Positions 18,629 to 28,538 of a stretch of 49,204 nucleotides of DNA are shown in pieces. Numbering within the stretch: the stretch's first letter is position 1; every line of letters starts with the position of its first letter. The notes under the pieces were generated by a model. It did no database searches and was not told the DNA's origin. It worked only from the letters and a program-made list of their open reading frames with translations. A program made the position numbers and the translations under genes. The stretch comes from Pseudomonadota bacterium (GTDB lineage Bacteria > Bdellovibrionota_G > JALEGL01 > DATDPG01), in contig JAZDIZ010000091.1 in the NCBI GenBank assembly GCA_043804515.1, positions 1 to 49,204 of the forward strand. Direction: 5' to 3'.

Positions 18629-19672
18629 TTAATCGCGGCCCCATGTCCTCAGGGTCTTGGTCCAGTCAAATAGGCCCGAAGCCAGAAGCTCTTGGCAACC
18701 GGATCCAGCCGCAAGATTCCAAAGTTTGGCATCGTTAAGATCCGTAGCAAACTCCACGGTAGTCCATGGAACCAACATCAAATCATCATCCTTGATAGCG
18801 CCTTCAAGTCCATAGGGATTGATTTCGAAGGTGAGGAGGTGCCGATATGACCGATCCAGAATTTTGCGGGGGGCCCAGCTTCTTTGGTACTTAGCGACGA
18901 CGGCATTTTCGGAAATAGTTGGCACGCTGTCGCCCGTACGGGGATCCCTAATCACGCACGCGGGAGCGCGGCGAAAGGCCGATAGACCTTTTTGGGCCAG
19001 TCGATTGTAATTTATTAACTTCGGCGCGGCCTCGACGACAAGTCCCTGCCAAAGATTGAGTTCCACATCCGGGCCTTGCAGTGAGACTAAAAGTGGTTTG
19101 TTTGAACCTTGAAGGGGTGCGTCTTTCACATCGATCATCAGGTTGCCGGGTGAACAGCCCATCTGCCACCTTGTAAACTCCGGCTTGGCTTTCGGAAAGC
19201 GGCCATTCCCCGAGTACGCCGAAATCCAACCATGGGCATCATGTCCGAATACAGAGCCTTCGAAACGACGGGCGAAGGCCTTTGGATTGATCTCTTTGAC
19301 TCTCTCGTCGACCTCCACGGATTCCAAGAGGAACTTGTCCGGCCGGGTATCTGTGTAGTGGAATTCTGTGTCCACAAATTCCACGACGCACGCGGTGATC
19401 AGCTCGTCAATTTGAGAAAGGTTTGCGAGAAATTGTGTTTGACGCTCAACAAGCCGCCCTTCCTCATTCACGCGATTCAGTCTTCCAGTGAGCTTGACGG
19501 CTTCCTGGTTCATTCGGGCCGTCTCCCGTCGAAGGCGGGGAAGGTCGAAGGTATCCCTGGCCGAAAAACCGGACTTTGTCGGCACCCTGGTGCCTTGTGA
19601 AAAAGCGGAACTAGCGAAGCCCACCAGAACCAGCGTGGCGCCTACAAACAAGATGTCTCGAAACTTACTCAT
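18629..19672 (-). CDS. Hypothetical secreted protein, more AT-rich than neighbours
   Basis: Signal peptide (SAFS), GGAGG RBS, own promoter. Confidence 0.7.
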   Translation of the reverse strand: MSKFRDILFVGATLVLVGFASSAFSQGTRVPTKSGFSARDTFDLPRLRRETARMNQEAVKLTGRLNRVNEEGRLVERQTQFLANLSQIDELITACVVEFVDTEFHYTDTRPDKFLLESVEVDERVKEINPKAFARRFEGSVFGHDAHGWISAYSGNGRFPKAKPEFTRWQMGCSPGNLMIDVKDAPLQGSNKPLLVSLQGPDVELNLWQGLVVEAAPKLINYNRLAQKGLSAFRRAPACVIRDPRTGDSVPTISENAVVAKYQRSWAPRKILDRSYRHLLTFEINPYGLEGAIKDDDLMLVPWTTVEFATDLNDAKLWNLAAGSGCQELLASGLFDWTKTLRTWGRD

Positions 19673-19697
19673 AAATCGACCTCCCGAAGGTTTTCGC

Positions 19698-19726
19698 TAT
19701 ATATGGCGCGGCGCGGCATTTGTCAA
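19698..19726 (-). promoter_or_regulatory. Sigma70-like promoter
   Basis: TTGACA-17 nt-TATATA on the minus strand, upstream of 19672. Confidence 0.6.
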
Positions 19727-19839
19727 CTACCTAGAAACCAAAGATTTTTTACCTGCCGCGTCCTCGAAAAGGCGGCACGCAGATCGAAATCAAATTAGAG
19801 GTGACGTGGCGCTCGATGCCAGCGCCCGATCAAGAAGAG

Positions 19840-20193
19840 CTAAAGAACAGCGAGGCGTTTGATGAGGGAGAGGATCGTCTCCTTGTCGAGCTCCTTGAGA
19901 TTCACGAACCGGATCCCCATCCCGGGGTTCGGATTCTCGACGTGGCCCGGTCGCACGGGATTGGTCCAGATCACCTCTCCCAGGACTTCGATCTTGCCCG
20001 GCGCGTCCGGGAGTTTGAACTGAAGGTCGATCCTGGTACCCGGCGCCAGCGGGGCGCGAGTTTCAATGAAAATCCCGTGTTCGCTGATGTTCGTGGCGTT
20101 CTCGAAGAGGAAGTTCCCCTCTTTCTGCCAATCCACCTGAAACTTGATCGGTACGCGTTTGGCGCCCCGTTGCTCTTTGCGTGTCGGCGACAT
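19840..20193 (-). CDS. PilZ domain protein (TIGR02266-like)
   Basis: RGAKR (RxxxR), NISEHG, GMGIRF. Confidence 0.9.
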   Translation of the reverse strand: MSPTRKEQRGAKRVPIKFQVDWQKEGNFLFENATNISEHGIFIETRAPLAPGTRIDLQFKLPDAPGKIEVLGEVIWTNPVRPGHVENPNPGMGIRFVNLKELDKETILSLIKRLAVL

Positions 20194-20234
20194 GTCCTTC
20201 CGCTACCACAAGGCTAAAAGGACAAACAAGTTTT

Positions 20235-20831
20235 TTATTTGAGCCCCCACAGGAGCGCGAGGCGCGCCTGCGAATTGAGACGATAGAATTCGCGAAGGCG
20301 CCGGAGCGCGTTCTTGAACCGCCCCAGCGAAGCGCAGAACTTCCGCGCGAGGCGGCTCGCCTCCCGGTACCGTTCCCGTTCCTCCGCGTGCATCGGCTCC
20401 TTCCATGAGAACCTCTCGAACAGCCGAGCCGCCAGATCCGGTTCGTAGGGGCGAACCATCCGCGCAAGGAGAAACTTGTCGATTTCCCCCTGGATCTCCA
20501 CGTCCAAGAGCGTCACCGGGCGGTCGTTGGCGGCGCTCCAGGAAAGGTAGACGAAGTGGCTGATTTCCTCCGCGGCCTCCATCAAATCCTTCAGCCTGAT
20601 GGTATTTGGGCCTTTTCCTCGGATCCTTCGGAGCGTCTTGTCTCCGATATGGACGGCCAGGAACAGCGTCTCGTCCTCCCCTTGCCTCAGAAGGATCTGC
20701 GGGCTCGTATCCTTGGAGCCGGGGTTCAGTCCCTTCAGCTCCTCGGCCGAGACCAGGAAGCGCTCCACGGGGGCATTTGAGTCGAGCCGGTAGATTTTTT
20801 CGATGATTCGCTGCAGAGCTCGGAGTTTCAA
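20235..20831 (-). CDS. Hypothetical protein with EEISHF...EIQGEIDK motif
   Basis: TTG start overlaps the stop of the upstream partner gene; GC-rich codon pattern. Confidence 0.7.
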   Translation of the reverse strand: MKLRALQRIIEKIYRLDSNAPVERFLVSAEELKGLNPGSKDTSPQILLRQGEDETLFLAVHIGDKTLRRIRGKGPNTIRLKDLMEAAEEISHFVYLSWSAANDRPVTLLDVEIQGEIDKFLLARMVRPYEPDLAARLFERFSWKEPMHAEERERYREASRLARKFCASLGRFKNALRRLREFYRLNSQARLALLWGLK

Positions 20832-21436
20832 TGAATCGGCTCCGTCTTGGCCTCGACCGGCAGAATCCCGTTCTCGCGGAGCTTTTCCAGAAGAAAAACG
20901 CTCTTGGTGGCCAACCAGCGCTCATACAGGCGCAGCAGGTCCGAATCATTCGTCATCCTGGCGGCCTCGCTGATCTCCGTTAGGACGTTCACCAGGCGGG
21001 TGAATTTCTCCGACAGCTCGTTGAAGATCCGGGCCAATTCATCCCTTCCCCATCTGCGCTCTTTAGCGAGCACAGAAACCTCCTCGTACGCTTTCTCCCC
21101 CATGGTGATGTAGTAATCCACGTCCACGATTTTGCGCTTGAGACTGTCTCCGAAAAAGCCGGAGAGAAAGAGCGTCCGATCCCCGATGGACTTCAGGATC
21201 TCGTACTGGACGTTGTCGCTGGGGGCTTGGAGGGCCCGACAAAACTGGAGGGCCAGCGGCTCGTCGACGGGAGCCCCCGCTACGGGCTGCGTCAGTTTCT
21301 CAGTCTTCGTGAAATCCGAGAGAAGGGTTACGACGTAGAACTGCGTTACTTCCAGGATGTTCAATTTTTGATGCTTCTGCGCGACCGCGAGACGGTCGCG
21401 GAAGAATTCCATCAATGATTCCGTCGGTTGGCCCAT
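20828..21436 (-). CDS. Hypothetical all-helical protein
   Basis: Start MGQPTESL after GGAGG; GDRTLFLSGFF, DYYITMG, LLRLYERW. Confidence 0.75.
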   Translation of the reverse strand: MGQPTESLMEFFRDRLAVAQKHQKLNILEVTQFYVVTLLSDFTKTEKLTQPVAGAPVDEPLALQFCRALQAPSDNVQYEILKSIGDRTLFLSGFFGDSLKRKIVDVDYYITMGEKAYEEVSVLAKERRWGRDELARIFNELSEKFTRLVNVLTEISEAARMTNDSDLLRLYERWLATKSVFLLEKLRENGILPVEAKTEPIH

Positions 21437-21564
21437 GGGTCCTCCCGGAATCGACAGCATTCGGCAAGAGCGTAAAAACCCGAGCAGCTCTGCGGGTTTC
21501 CCCTTCGATCCCCTACGGCTCAATTATATGAAATCCAGGGCTCTCGCGTCAAAGGGGAGTAAAG

Positions 21565-23412
21565 CTAAGTCCTCTTAATTCCATACTTTTTGATCTTCGA
21601 CACCAGGGTCCGGCGAGGCAATTTGAGGAGATCCGCCGCTTTGGTTTGATTCCAGTCGGAGCGCTTGAGGGCGTTGATGATGATGTCCCGTTCGTACGCC
21701 GCGACCACCTCTTTGATGTCTCCAACTGTCGTGGCCCCCGACGCCACCGTCCCGCCGGGAGCGGACGAAAACGGCTCGGAGATATCCGACTCCGTGGTGA
21801 GCTTGCTGGTCAGCGCTTCTTTCGTAATCGTATCCCCATCGCTGATCACGACCGCCCGTTCGATTGTGTTCTTGAGTTCCCGGATGTTCCCCGGCCAATA
21901 ATAACGCACCAGGAGGTCCATGGCGTCGGGCGCTACCTTTCTCGTGGGGATCCGGTTCTCGCGGCAGAACTGCTGCGTGAACGACTCCACCATGTACGGA
22001 ATCTCGTCCCGCCGTTCCCTCAGGGGCGGGACCACGATGGTCGCGGCGTTGAGTCGATAAAACAGATCCTCCCGGAAGATCCCTTTCGCCACCAGCTCTT
22101 CCAGTTTCTTGTTCGTGGCGGTCACGACGCGCACGTCCGTGGGGATCTCCCTGTTGGATCCCACGCGCATGATCGTTTTCGCCTGCAGGACCCTAAGGAG
22201 CTTCGCCTGCGTTTTCTGCGGCATCTCTCCGATCTCATCCAGGAAGATCGTTCCGCCGATGGCGGATTCGAAGAGCCCGATCTTGAGATGGTCGGCCCCG
22301 GTAAACGACCCTTTCTCGTGCCCGAAAAGCTCGCTCTCCAGCAGCGTCTCCGTCAGCGCCGCGCAGTTCACGCACACCAGGGGTTTCTTGCCCCGGTCGC
22401 TCTTGGAGTGGATCGTTTCGGCCACCACTTCCTTGCCTACGCCCGTCTCCCCCTGGATCAGGACCGAAATCGTGGATTTGGCGATCCGCTCGGCCAGCTC
22501 GAAGATCTGCGCCATCTTCTCGCTCTTAACGATGACTTCCTTGTTGAGCACCGTGAGCCGGCGCACCTCGTCCTTGAGCTGAACGATCCGCTCGTCGGGG
22601 CTCTTGCGCGCCAACTTGAGGGCCTGGCGCGATTTTTCGATCAGGACCTCGCTGCTTTGGCCGTCATCCGGGAACGACGCAATGCCGAGGGAGACGAAAA
22701 TTCTCCGGTCGATGATCTTGTCGGTGGCGATCCTTTTCGCCAGGCGGAGCGCCTCCGCCCTCCCGGTCTCCGGCAGCAGGATTTCCAACTCGAACTTTCC
22801 GTAATGGGCCAGGATGTCCATCGTCCGGATCATGGATTTGATGTACTCGACGATTTTCGGATACTTGGCCTTCAGAATCTCCTCGTGTTTTTCCTCTGCC
22901 TCCTCCTCGCTCACGCTCAAACCCACCATCACGATCGAGAGAGGCCTCTTGTACCGATCGGCCCGGTCCAATTCCTCCGCCACGCGCGTCTCGAAATAGG
23001 CGTGCGTTTTGATCCCCAACCGGCTCCCGTCCAACGGGTTGTGCGTGGAAAAACGGAACGTCGTGGCCCCTACCTGGACTTCGTCCCCGTCGACCAGATC
23101 GTGCTCCCCGGTGAGCCGATCTCCGTTCACGAACGTCCCATTCGTGCTTCCCAGGTCGGCCACTTTGGTCTCACCGCCTCTGGTGATAAACTGCACATGT
23201 CTTCGAGAAACCTGGTTGTCGTTGAGAAAAATTTCGGCTTCTCGCGTGCGCCCACCTACGATTGTGCCTTCTTTAAGCGTTAAAACGGACCCCGCGTGAG
23301 GTCCCGATACGGCCATTAGATAGGCTTTTTCGGTGGGGACCTGTGGTTGGCGTCTAGGACCGACGCCATACTCCGGCAGCGTCTTGTCGTCATTGGGGTC
23401 AAAACGAGGCAT
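21565..23412 (-). CDS. Sigma54-dependent activator with FHA and degenerate GGDEF domains
   Basis: FHA GR..SRRH..DLGSTNGT; HYGKFEL at the GGDEF position; GETGVGKE, GSFTGA, FLDEIGE, WPGNIREL; Fis-type HTH. Confidence 0.9.
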   Translation of the reverse strand: MPRFDPNDDKTLPEYGVGPRRQPQVPTEKAYLMAVSGPHAGSVLTLKEGTIVGGRTREAEIFLNDNQVSRRHVQFITRGGETKVADLGSTNGTFVNGDRLTGEHDLVDGDEVQVGATTFRFSTHNPLDGSRLGIKTHAYFETRVAEELDRADRYKRPLSIVMVGLSVSEEEAEEKHEEILKAKYPKIVEYIKSMIRTMDILAHYGKFELEILLPETGRAEALRLAKRIATDKIIDRRIFVSLGIASFPDDGQSSEVLIEKSRQALKLARKSPDERIVQLKDEVRRLTVLNKEVIVKSEKMAQIFELAERIAKSTISVLIQGETGVGKEVVAETIHSKSDRGKKPLVCVNCAALTETLLESELFGHEKGSFTGADHLKIGLFESAIGGTIFLDEIGEMPQKTQAKLLRVLQAKTIMRVGSNREIPTDVRVVTATNKKLEELVAKGIFREDLFYRLNAATIVVPPLRERRDEIPYMVESFTQQFCRENRIPTRKVAPDAMDLLVRYYWPGNIRELKNTIERAVVISDGDTITKEALTSKLTTESDISEPFSSAPGGTVASGATTVGDIKEVVAAYERDIIINALKRSDWNQTKAADLLKLPRRTLVSKIKKYGIKRT

Positions 23413-23533
23413 GTCGTCCTTTCAACCTGGTGATCGGGTGGATAAAGATAATATACGCTTGTTGGCGAAATTTCGCCAACTCTGGGGGACAAAACTCGCC
23501 TACGGTTCTTTTTTCGGCTAACGTTCGCCTACG

Positions 23534-24382
23534 TTGAAACCAAAACTCGCGACGCGGAGCGCCATAGAGGAGGCGGCGGTACGTGCGGCCGGACGCGGCG
23601 CGAGGATTCTAACCCGCTTTTACGAAACCGGCCTCACCGCCCGGCACAAAGGGGAAGTGGACCTCGTTACGAAAGCCGACCTCGAATCTCAAAAGGCGAT
23701 CGTGGGGGTTCTTTCCAAGGCCTTCCCGGACCACGCAATTCTGGCCGAGGAGGAGAAATTCGGACATGACCGCTCGCTAGAGGGTCCGATCTGGGTGATC
23801 GACCCTCTCGACGGAACGACCAACTACGCCCACGGGTTTCCCATGTTCGGGGTCTCCATCGCGTACCGGGACGGAGGCGAGACGCAATTCGGTCTCGTTT
23901 ATCATCCGCTCCTTAAAGAGCTTTTCACGGCGCATCGCGGAAAAGGTGCGCGCCTCAACGGAAGGAAGATCGCCGTTTCCAGGACCGATCAGGTTCATCT
24001 CAGCTTGTTGGCTACCGGATTCCCGTACAACCGGCGCACGTCACCGGAAAATAATCTGAATCTGTTCTGTTATTTCGAAATGGCCGCTCAGTGCGTCCGG
24101 CGCGCCGGCGCCGCCGTCCTGGATCTGGCCAACCTCTCCTGCGGCCGGTTCGATGGCTTCTGGGAGCCCAACCTGGCTCCGTGGGATATCGCCGCCGGCT
24201 CGCTTCTGGTCGAAGAGGCGGGTGGAAAGGTCACGGATTTTTCGGGGAATCCGATCACGGATCTCCGGTGCGGCGAAATGGTGGCCTCAAACGGGCGGCT
24301 TCACGATCGACTTCTTGAGGGAATCCGCGAAGCCCGGAAGTTCAGCATTCCAAACCACGCGCGCACAACCCCATGGGGGTAG
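23534..24382 (+). CDS. suhB: Inositol monophosphatase family protein
   Basis: DLVTKAD, WVIDPLDGTTNY, RRAGAA, WDIAAG. Confidence 0.9.
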   Translation: MKPKLATRSAIEEAAVRAAGRGARILTRFYETGLTARHKGEVDLVTKADLESQKAIVGVLSKAFPDHAILAEEEKFGHDRSLEGPIWVIDPLDGTTNYAHGFPMFGVSIAYRDGGETQFGLVYHPLLKELFTAHRGKGARLNGRKIAVSRTDQVHLSLLATGFPYNRRTSPENNLNLFCYFEMAAQCVRRAGAAVLDLANLSCGRFDGFWEPNLAPWDIAAGSLLVEEAGGKVTDFSGNPITDLRCGEMVASNGRLHDRLLEGIREARKFSIPNHARTTPWG

Positions 24383-24403
24383 GCGAACGGCATGGTGCCG
24401 TTG

Positions 24404-24589
24404 TCAGGCGTTTCCTTCTCTCGGGTTTGTCGGTTTACCCAACAGGCAGGGCGGGAAGAGGCGGATATGGCGGTTTCCCTGATCAAGCACGTTCCACACT
24501 TCCTGCGGAACTTTCTCGGCGCGATCCTGCGCCAGCGGGTCCACATAAACCTGTTCCAAGGCGGGAGGTTCTGATTTTTTGACCAGCAT
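24404..24589 (-). CDS. Small hypothetical protein
   Basis: 61 aa; TTGACG-18-TAACAG lies 6 nt before the ATG; no family recognised. Confidence 0.4.
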   Translation of the reverse strand: MLVKKSEPPALEQVYVDPLAQDRAEKVPQEVWNVLDQGNRHIRLFPPCLLGKPTNPREGNA

Positions 24590-24635
24590 GAGAGCCTGTT
24601 AACACGGCACAGCGCGTTGCGTCAAGGCCCCCGGC

Positions 24636-24925
24636 TCAATCCAGTGCTTGGACGTCGTAGCCGCTTTCGCGCAGGCGAAGACGAATCTCTTTGAGGTGCT
24701 CGGACCCCCGCGTTTCCAGAATTAGCTCGGTGCCGGTCGCATAAATCGGGACCTGCTTCGACGTCCGCTCATGATGAATCTGGTGGATGTCGGCCTTGAG
24801 GTCCGCAAGAAGCATCGTGAGATTTCTAAGGCCTCCTGGACCGCGGATGCCGGCACGAGTGGCCTGCCTCCCGCCTGGCCCCGGGTGCGGGCGCGCGCTT
24901 CCCGGATCTGTGTTAGCGTGAGCAT
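24636..24925 (-). pseudogene. ilvA: Threonine ammonia-lyase remnant: N-terminus joined out of frame to the C-terminal ACT domain
   Basis: [13 protein letters not shown]...PLVP, then in a shifted frame PGGLRNLTMLLADLKADIHQIHHER...ELILETRGSEHLKEIRLRLRESGY. Confidence 0.8.
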
Positions 24926-24985
24926 GAAAAACCCTTGTCGATCAAGGTGGGACTACCTAACATCCGGGGAACAAGAGGTTCAATC

Positions 24986-26578
24986 GTGGAAAAAGTTTTG
25001 GGAATAGATTTAGGCACTTCCACATCGTGCGTTTGTGTGGTCGTGGACGGCGAACCGACGGTGATCCCCGACAAAGACGGGGTGCGGATTCAGCCCTCCA
25101 TCGTGAACTTCCGCCCGGACGGGAAGATCCTGGTCGGAAAAGAGTCCAGGCAATTCTTGATCCAAGACGCCGAAAATACCGTGAGCTCCGCGAAGCGGCT
25201 CATCGGGCGCAAGTTTTTCTCCGCGGAGGTCAAGAAGGCGCGCGCTCTCTGTCCTTACGAGATCGTGGAAGGGGAAAACCAGTCGGTGAACGTGAAGATT
25301 CAGGGCAAGACTTTCTCGCTTCAGGAAATCTCCGCGATGATCCTCAAGAAAATGAAGTCGATCGCGGAGGAACGCTTCGGCGAGACGATTCACAAAGCCG
25401 TCGTGACCGTGCCCGCGTATTTCAACGACAACCAGCGCGCCGCGACCAAGGACGCGGGAAAAATCGCCGGCCTGGACGTCCTTCGGATCATCAACGAGCC
25501 CACCGCCGCGGCCCTGGCGTACGGCTACGGGAAAAACATCCGCCAGCGCGTGGCCGTTTACGACCTGGGCGGCGGCACGTTCGACGTGTCCATTCTTGAG
25601 TTGGGCGACGACGTGTTCGAGGTGATTTCCACGTCGGGGGACACGTACCTGGGGGGCGACGATTTCGACGACCGGATCATGGACTGGGCGGCGGAGCAGT
25701 TCATGGCCAAGCACAACGTGGATCTTCGGCGGAACCGGACGACCCTCCAACAGCTCAAGGACGCCGCGGAGAGAAGCAAGCACGAGCTCTCGCAGCGCGA
25801 GCAAACCCAATTGTTCGTTCCGGCGGTCACGTCCGACACGAGCGGATTCGTGGATCTCAACCTCACGTTGACGCGCGTGATTTTCGCCGATCTGGTCAAG
25901 GACCTGATCCAGCGCACGTTCAAGGTTTGCGACGAAGCCATGCAGATGTCGCGCCTGACGCCTTCGGATATCGAGGGGGTCATCCTGGTGGGCGGACCCA
26001 CGCGCCTCGCGAACGTCCGGAACGGCGTGAAGCACTATTTTCAGAGGGAGCCGCTGGCGGGAATCAATCCCGACGAGGTCGTGGCCATGGGGGCCGCGAT
26101 CCAGGCCAGCGCGTTGGCCGGGGAGTCCAAGGACATCGTTCTCATCGACCTTACCCCGCTTTCGCTCGGCATCGAGATCCGCGGCGGGTTTGTCGAGAAG
26201 ATCGTGGATATCAACAGCCCCGTTCCGGCCGACCACACCAAGATCTTCACCACCACCGCCGACCGCCAGGAATCGGTCAAGATCCGGGTCTTCCAGGGGG
26301 AGGCGCGCAAGTCCAACGAGAACGAATTGCTCGGGGAATTCACGCTTTCGGGGCTTCGTCAGGCGCCTGCCGGCCAGGTTTCCGTCGCCGTCCAGTTCGA
26401 GATCGACACCAACGGGATCCTAAACGTCGTCGCCAAGGACGTCGAGACAGGGAAATCCCAGTCCGTCCGGCTCCAAGCGTCGGGTCGGCTTTCCGAAGCC
26501 AAGATGAAGAGCCTGGCGGGGGCCGTGGATGGAGTGGTGACATCCGGGGGAGCCGTGGATGTCACAAAATCCTCCTGA
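24986..26578 (+). CDS. Hsp70 (DnaK-like) protein lacking the C-terminal lid
   Basis: [43 protein letters not shown]; about 530 aa; GTG start after AAGAGG. Confidence 0.92.
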   Translation: MEKVLGIDLGTSTSCVCVVVDGEPTVIPDKDGVRIQPSIVNFRPDGKILVGKESRQFLIQDAENTVSSAKRLIGRKFFSAEVKKARALCPYEIVEGENQSVNVKIQGKTFSLQEISAMILKKMKSIAEERFGETIHKAVVTVPAYFNDNQRAATKDAGKIAGLDVLRIINEPTAAALAYGYGKNIRQRVAVYDLGGGTFDVSILELGDDVFEVISTSGDTYLGGDDFDDRIMDWAAEQFMAKHNVDLRRNRTTLQQLKDAAERSKHELSQREQTQLFVPAVTSDTSGFVDLNLTLTRVIFADLVKDLIQRTFKVCDEAMQMSRLTPSDIEGVILVGGPTRLANVRNGVKHYFQREPLAGINPDEVVAMGAAIQASALAGESKDIVLIDLTPLSLGIEIRGGFVEKIVDINSPVPADHTKIFTTTADRQESVKIRVFQGEARKSNENELLGEFTLSGLRQAPAGQVSVAVQFEIDTNGILNVVAKDVETGKSQSVRLQASGRLSEAKMKSLAGAVDGVVTSGGAVDVTKSS

Positions 26579-28526
26579 ATTTTCGTTTGCACGGCCCGGC
26601 AGTTGGCCCGGGGTCGCCCCGGCGATCGTGTTAGGCGCCGCCGTCCGGACGCGCACGAGCGGGATTCTGAAAGTCCGCAGCGGACAGATCGTCCGCCAGT
26701 TGGTCTTTCGCGATGGCTCCGTGATTCTGGCGGCCTCCAATGCCAGGAGCGAGGTGCCCGGCGCGTTCCTCCAGCGCGAGGGACGATTCACCGTGGAGCA
26801 ATTCAACCGGCACGTGGAGGAGGCGCGCAAGACGAAAACCCCTATTTGGGAGCTCGCGGCACGCGAGGCGGCCCTGACCGCGGCCGAGGAAGCCTTGCTC
26901 AAACCCAAGTACGTCGTCCAAATCGCGAAGACCGTTTTCACTACGGCACCCGCAGACGTGGAGTTTCAACCCGGAGACGTCAGCGCAGGATCGGCCGCTT
27001 CGGTCCACGGCGTGAGGCTTCTGATCGACGCGGCTTCGGATGCCGCGCCCGGCCTACCGGAAGGGCTTTGCCCGGATCTTCTCTCTCAAAATCGGATTGC
27101 GGTGAATCAAGTGGTCGAGAAGGCTTGGGGGTCTCTTCCTTTAGGCCCCGAGGAGCGGGGCCTCTTGACGGTCGTCCGGAATAATTCTTCCGTGGCTGAA
27201 GTCCGATCGGCCAGTTTCCTGGGGGAGCCGCGGATCACCCGGCTTCTTCTCGCGTTCTGGCTGGCCGGCCTTGTTTCCCTGGAACGCGCCGCGGCGGCCG
27301 ACCTCCGGGAATACGAAGCGAAGCTCTCTCCCACGGACGCACAAGAACGGCGGCGCCTTCTCGCCCTCCATGCACGGCGCACCGAGACCACCTATTACGA
27401 ATGGCTTTCTCTTTCCCCGAAGGTTTCCTTGGAGGAAGTCCGGCGGGCCGGCTCGGAACAGATTGAAAAACTCGCATCACCGCAAACCGAACGCTTGTTT
27501 TTGCCGCCGGAGCGGAAGGTCTTGGAGGACCTCGCGGTAAGCACCCGGGAGGCTCTGGCCGTTCTACAGAATCCTCCCCAGCGGCGCGAGTACGACGCGT
27601 TCCTGGCTTCCGGCCGGCGGGGATCTTTTGCCTCGGAGAGCAAAGTCGGAAGGGAACACGAGCTCTTACGGGAGGGGGCGCGCCTCCTGGAGCAGGGGAA
27701 CACCGAGGAGGCCCTCAGGACATGGGCGGACGGCATCTCCGAGTTACCCGGAACGGTCGCGCTCCTGACGGAATTTGCGCGCGCCGCACTCAAGGCCGGA
27801 AAAGCCTCGGACTCCGGCACGAGGACCAAGGTCACGTCCGCGCTAAAGCAAGCCCTTGAAGCCGACGCCAGAAACGCAGTGCTTTACGAGGTGCTCGGCG
27901 AGTGGATGGAGGCGCTCGGACAACCGGCCCGGGCGATCGAGGCTTTCCGAAGGGCGGCTTCGTTTGCTCCGCATTCGAGGCCCGCGCAGAACGGGCTCTT
28001 GCGGCTGGACCCCAAGAACGCGCCCCTCCTGGCCGTCCTGGCTCTTAAGAAAACGTACGATCAGCTCACGTATTACGCCCTGCTCGGAATCGCCCCGAGT
28101 GCCCTGCTCAAGGACATTCAAGCGGCCTATAGGCAATGTACCCGGCGTTTCCATCCCGACCGATTTTTCAAGTCCGATGACGCAGCGGCAAAAGACGCGG
28201 CCAACGCGATCTACAAGCGGATGGTCAAGGCCTATACCACGCTCAAAAGCCCGGAAAAGCGGGCGGAGTACGACATGGAACTCAAGAAAGGCGACCAAAC
28301 CCGGAAGGCGGCGGGCGAGAGGTCTTCCTCGGATTTCGCTCTCTCGGATATTGCGGAGCCCCCGGCACCCCCGAAGACGCAGCAAGGGAGGAAATTTTTC
28401 GACCTCGCCCTGATCGCTCTTCGCCAGGGAAACGTTGAGAACGCAAAATTGAATTTGAAATTGGGCCTCCAAGTGGAGCCGGAGGCAACGGCCCTTAAGC
28501 AGAAGTTGGACGAGCTCGGGTCGTAA
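26559..28526 (+). CDS. J-domain/TPR protein with DUF4388-like N-terminus
   Basis: YYALLGI...FHPDRF...RAEYD J-domain; an earlier J-like segment without HPD; TPR-like helices. Confidence 0.85.
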   Translation: MSQNPPEFSFARPGSWPGVAPAIVLGAAVRTRTSGILKVRSGQIVRQLVFRDGSVILAASNARSEVPGAFLQREGRFTVEQFNRHVEEARKTKTPIWELAAREAALTAAEEALLKPKYVVQIAKTVFTTAPADVEFQPGDVSAGSAASVHGVRLLIDAASDAAPGLPEGLCPDLLSQNRIAVNQVVEKAWGSLPLGPEERGLLTVVRNNSSVAEVRSASFLGEPRITRLLLAFWLAGLVSLERAAAADLREYEAKLSPTDAQERRRLLALHARRTETTYYEWLSLSPKVSLEEVRRAGSEQIEKLASPQTERLFLPPERKVLEDLAVSTREALAVLQNPPQRREYDAFLASGRRGSFASESKVGREHELLREGARLLEQGNTEEALRTWADGISELPGTVALLTEFARAALKAGKASDSGTRTKVTSALKQALEADARNAVLYEVLGEWMEALGQPARAIEAFRRAASFAPHSRPAQNGLLRLDPKNAPLLAVLALKKTYDQLTYYALLGIAPSALLKDIQAAYRQCTRRFHPDRFFKSDDAAAKDAANAIYKRMVKAYTTLKSPEKRAEYDMELKKGDQTRKAAGERSSSDFALSDIAEPPAPPKTQQGRKFFDLALIALRQGNVENAKLNLKLGLQVEPEATALKQKLDELGS

Positions 28527-28538
28527 GCCTTTCGAAGG

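Noticed and set aside
24605..24620. Sigma54 -24/-12-like site CGGCAC...TTGC
   Set aside because: GG-to-GC spacing is 11 nt rather than the required 10.
24986..26578. Calling the Hsp70 the housekeeping dnaK
   Set aside because: Lid absent, first motif altered, and no grpE/dnaJ/hrcA context.
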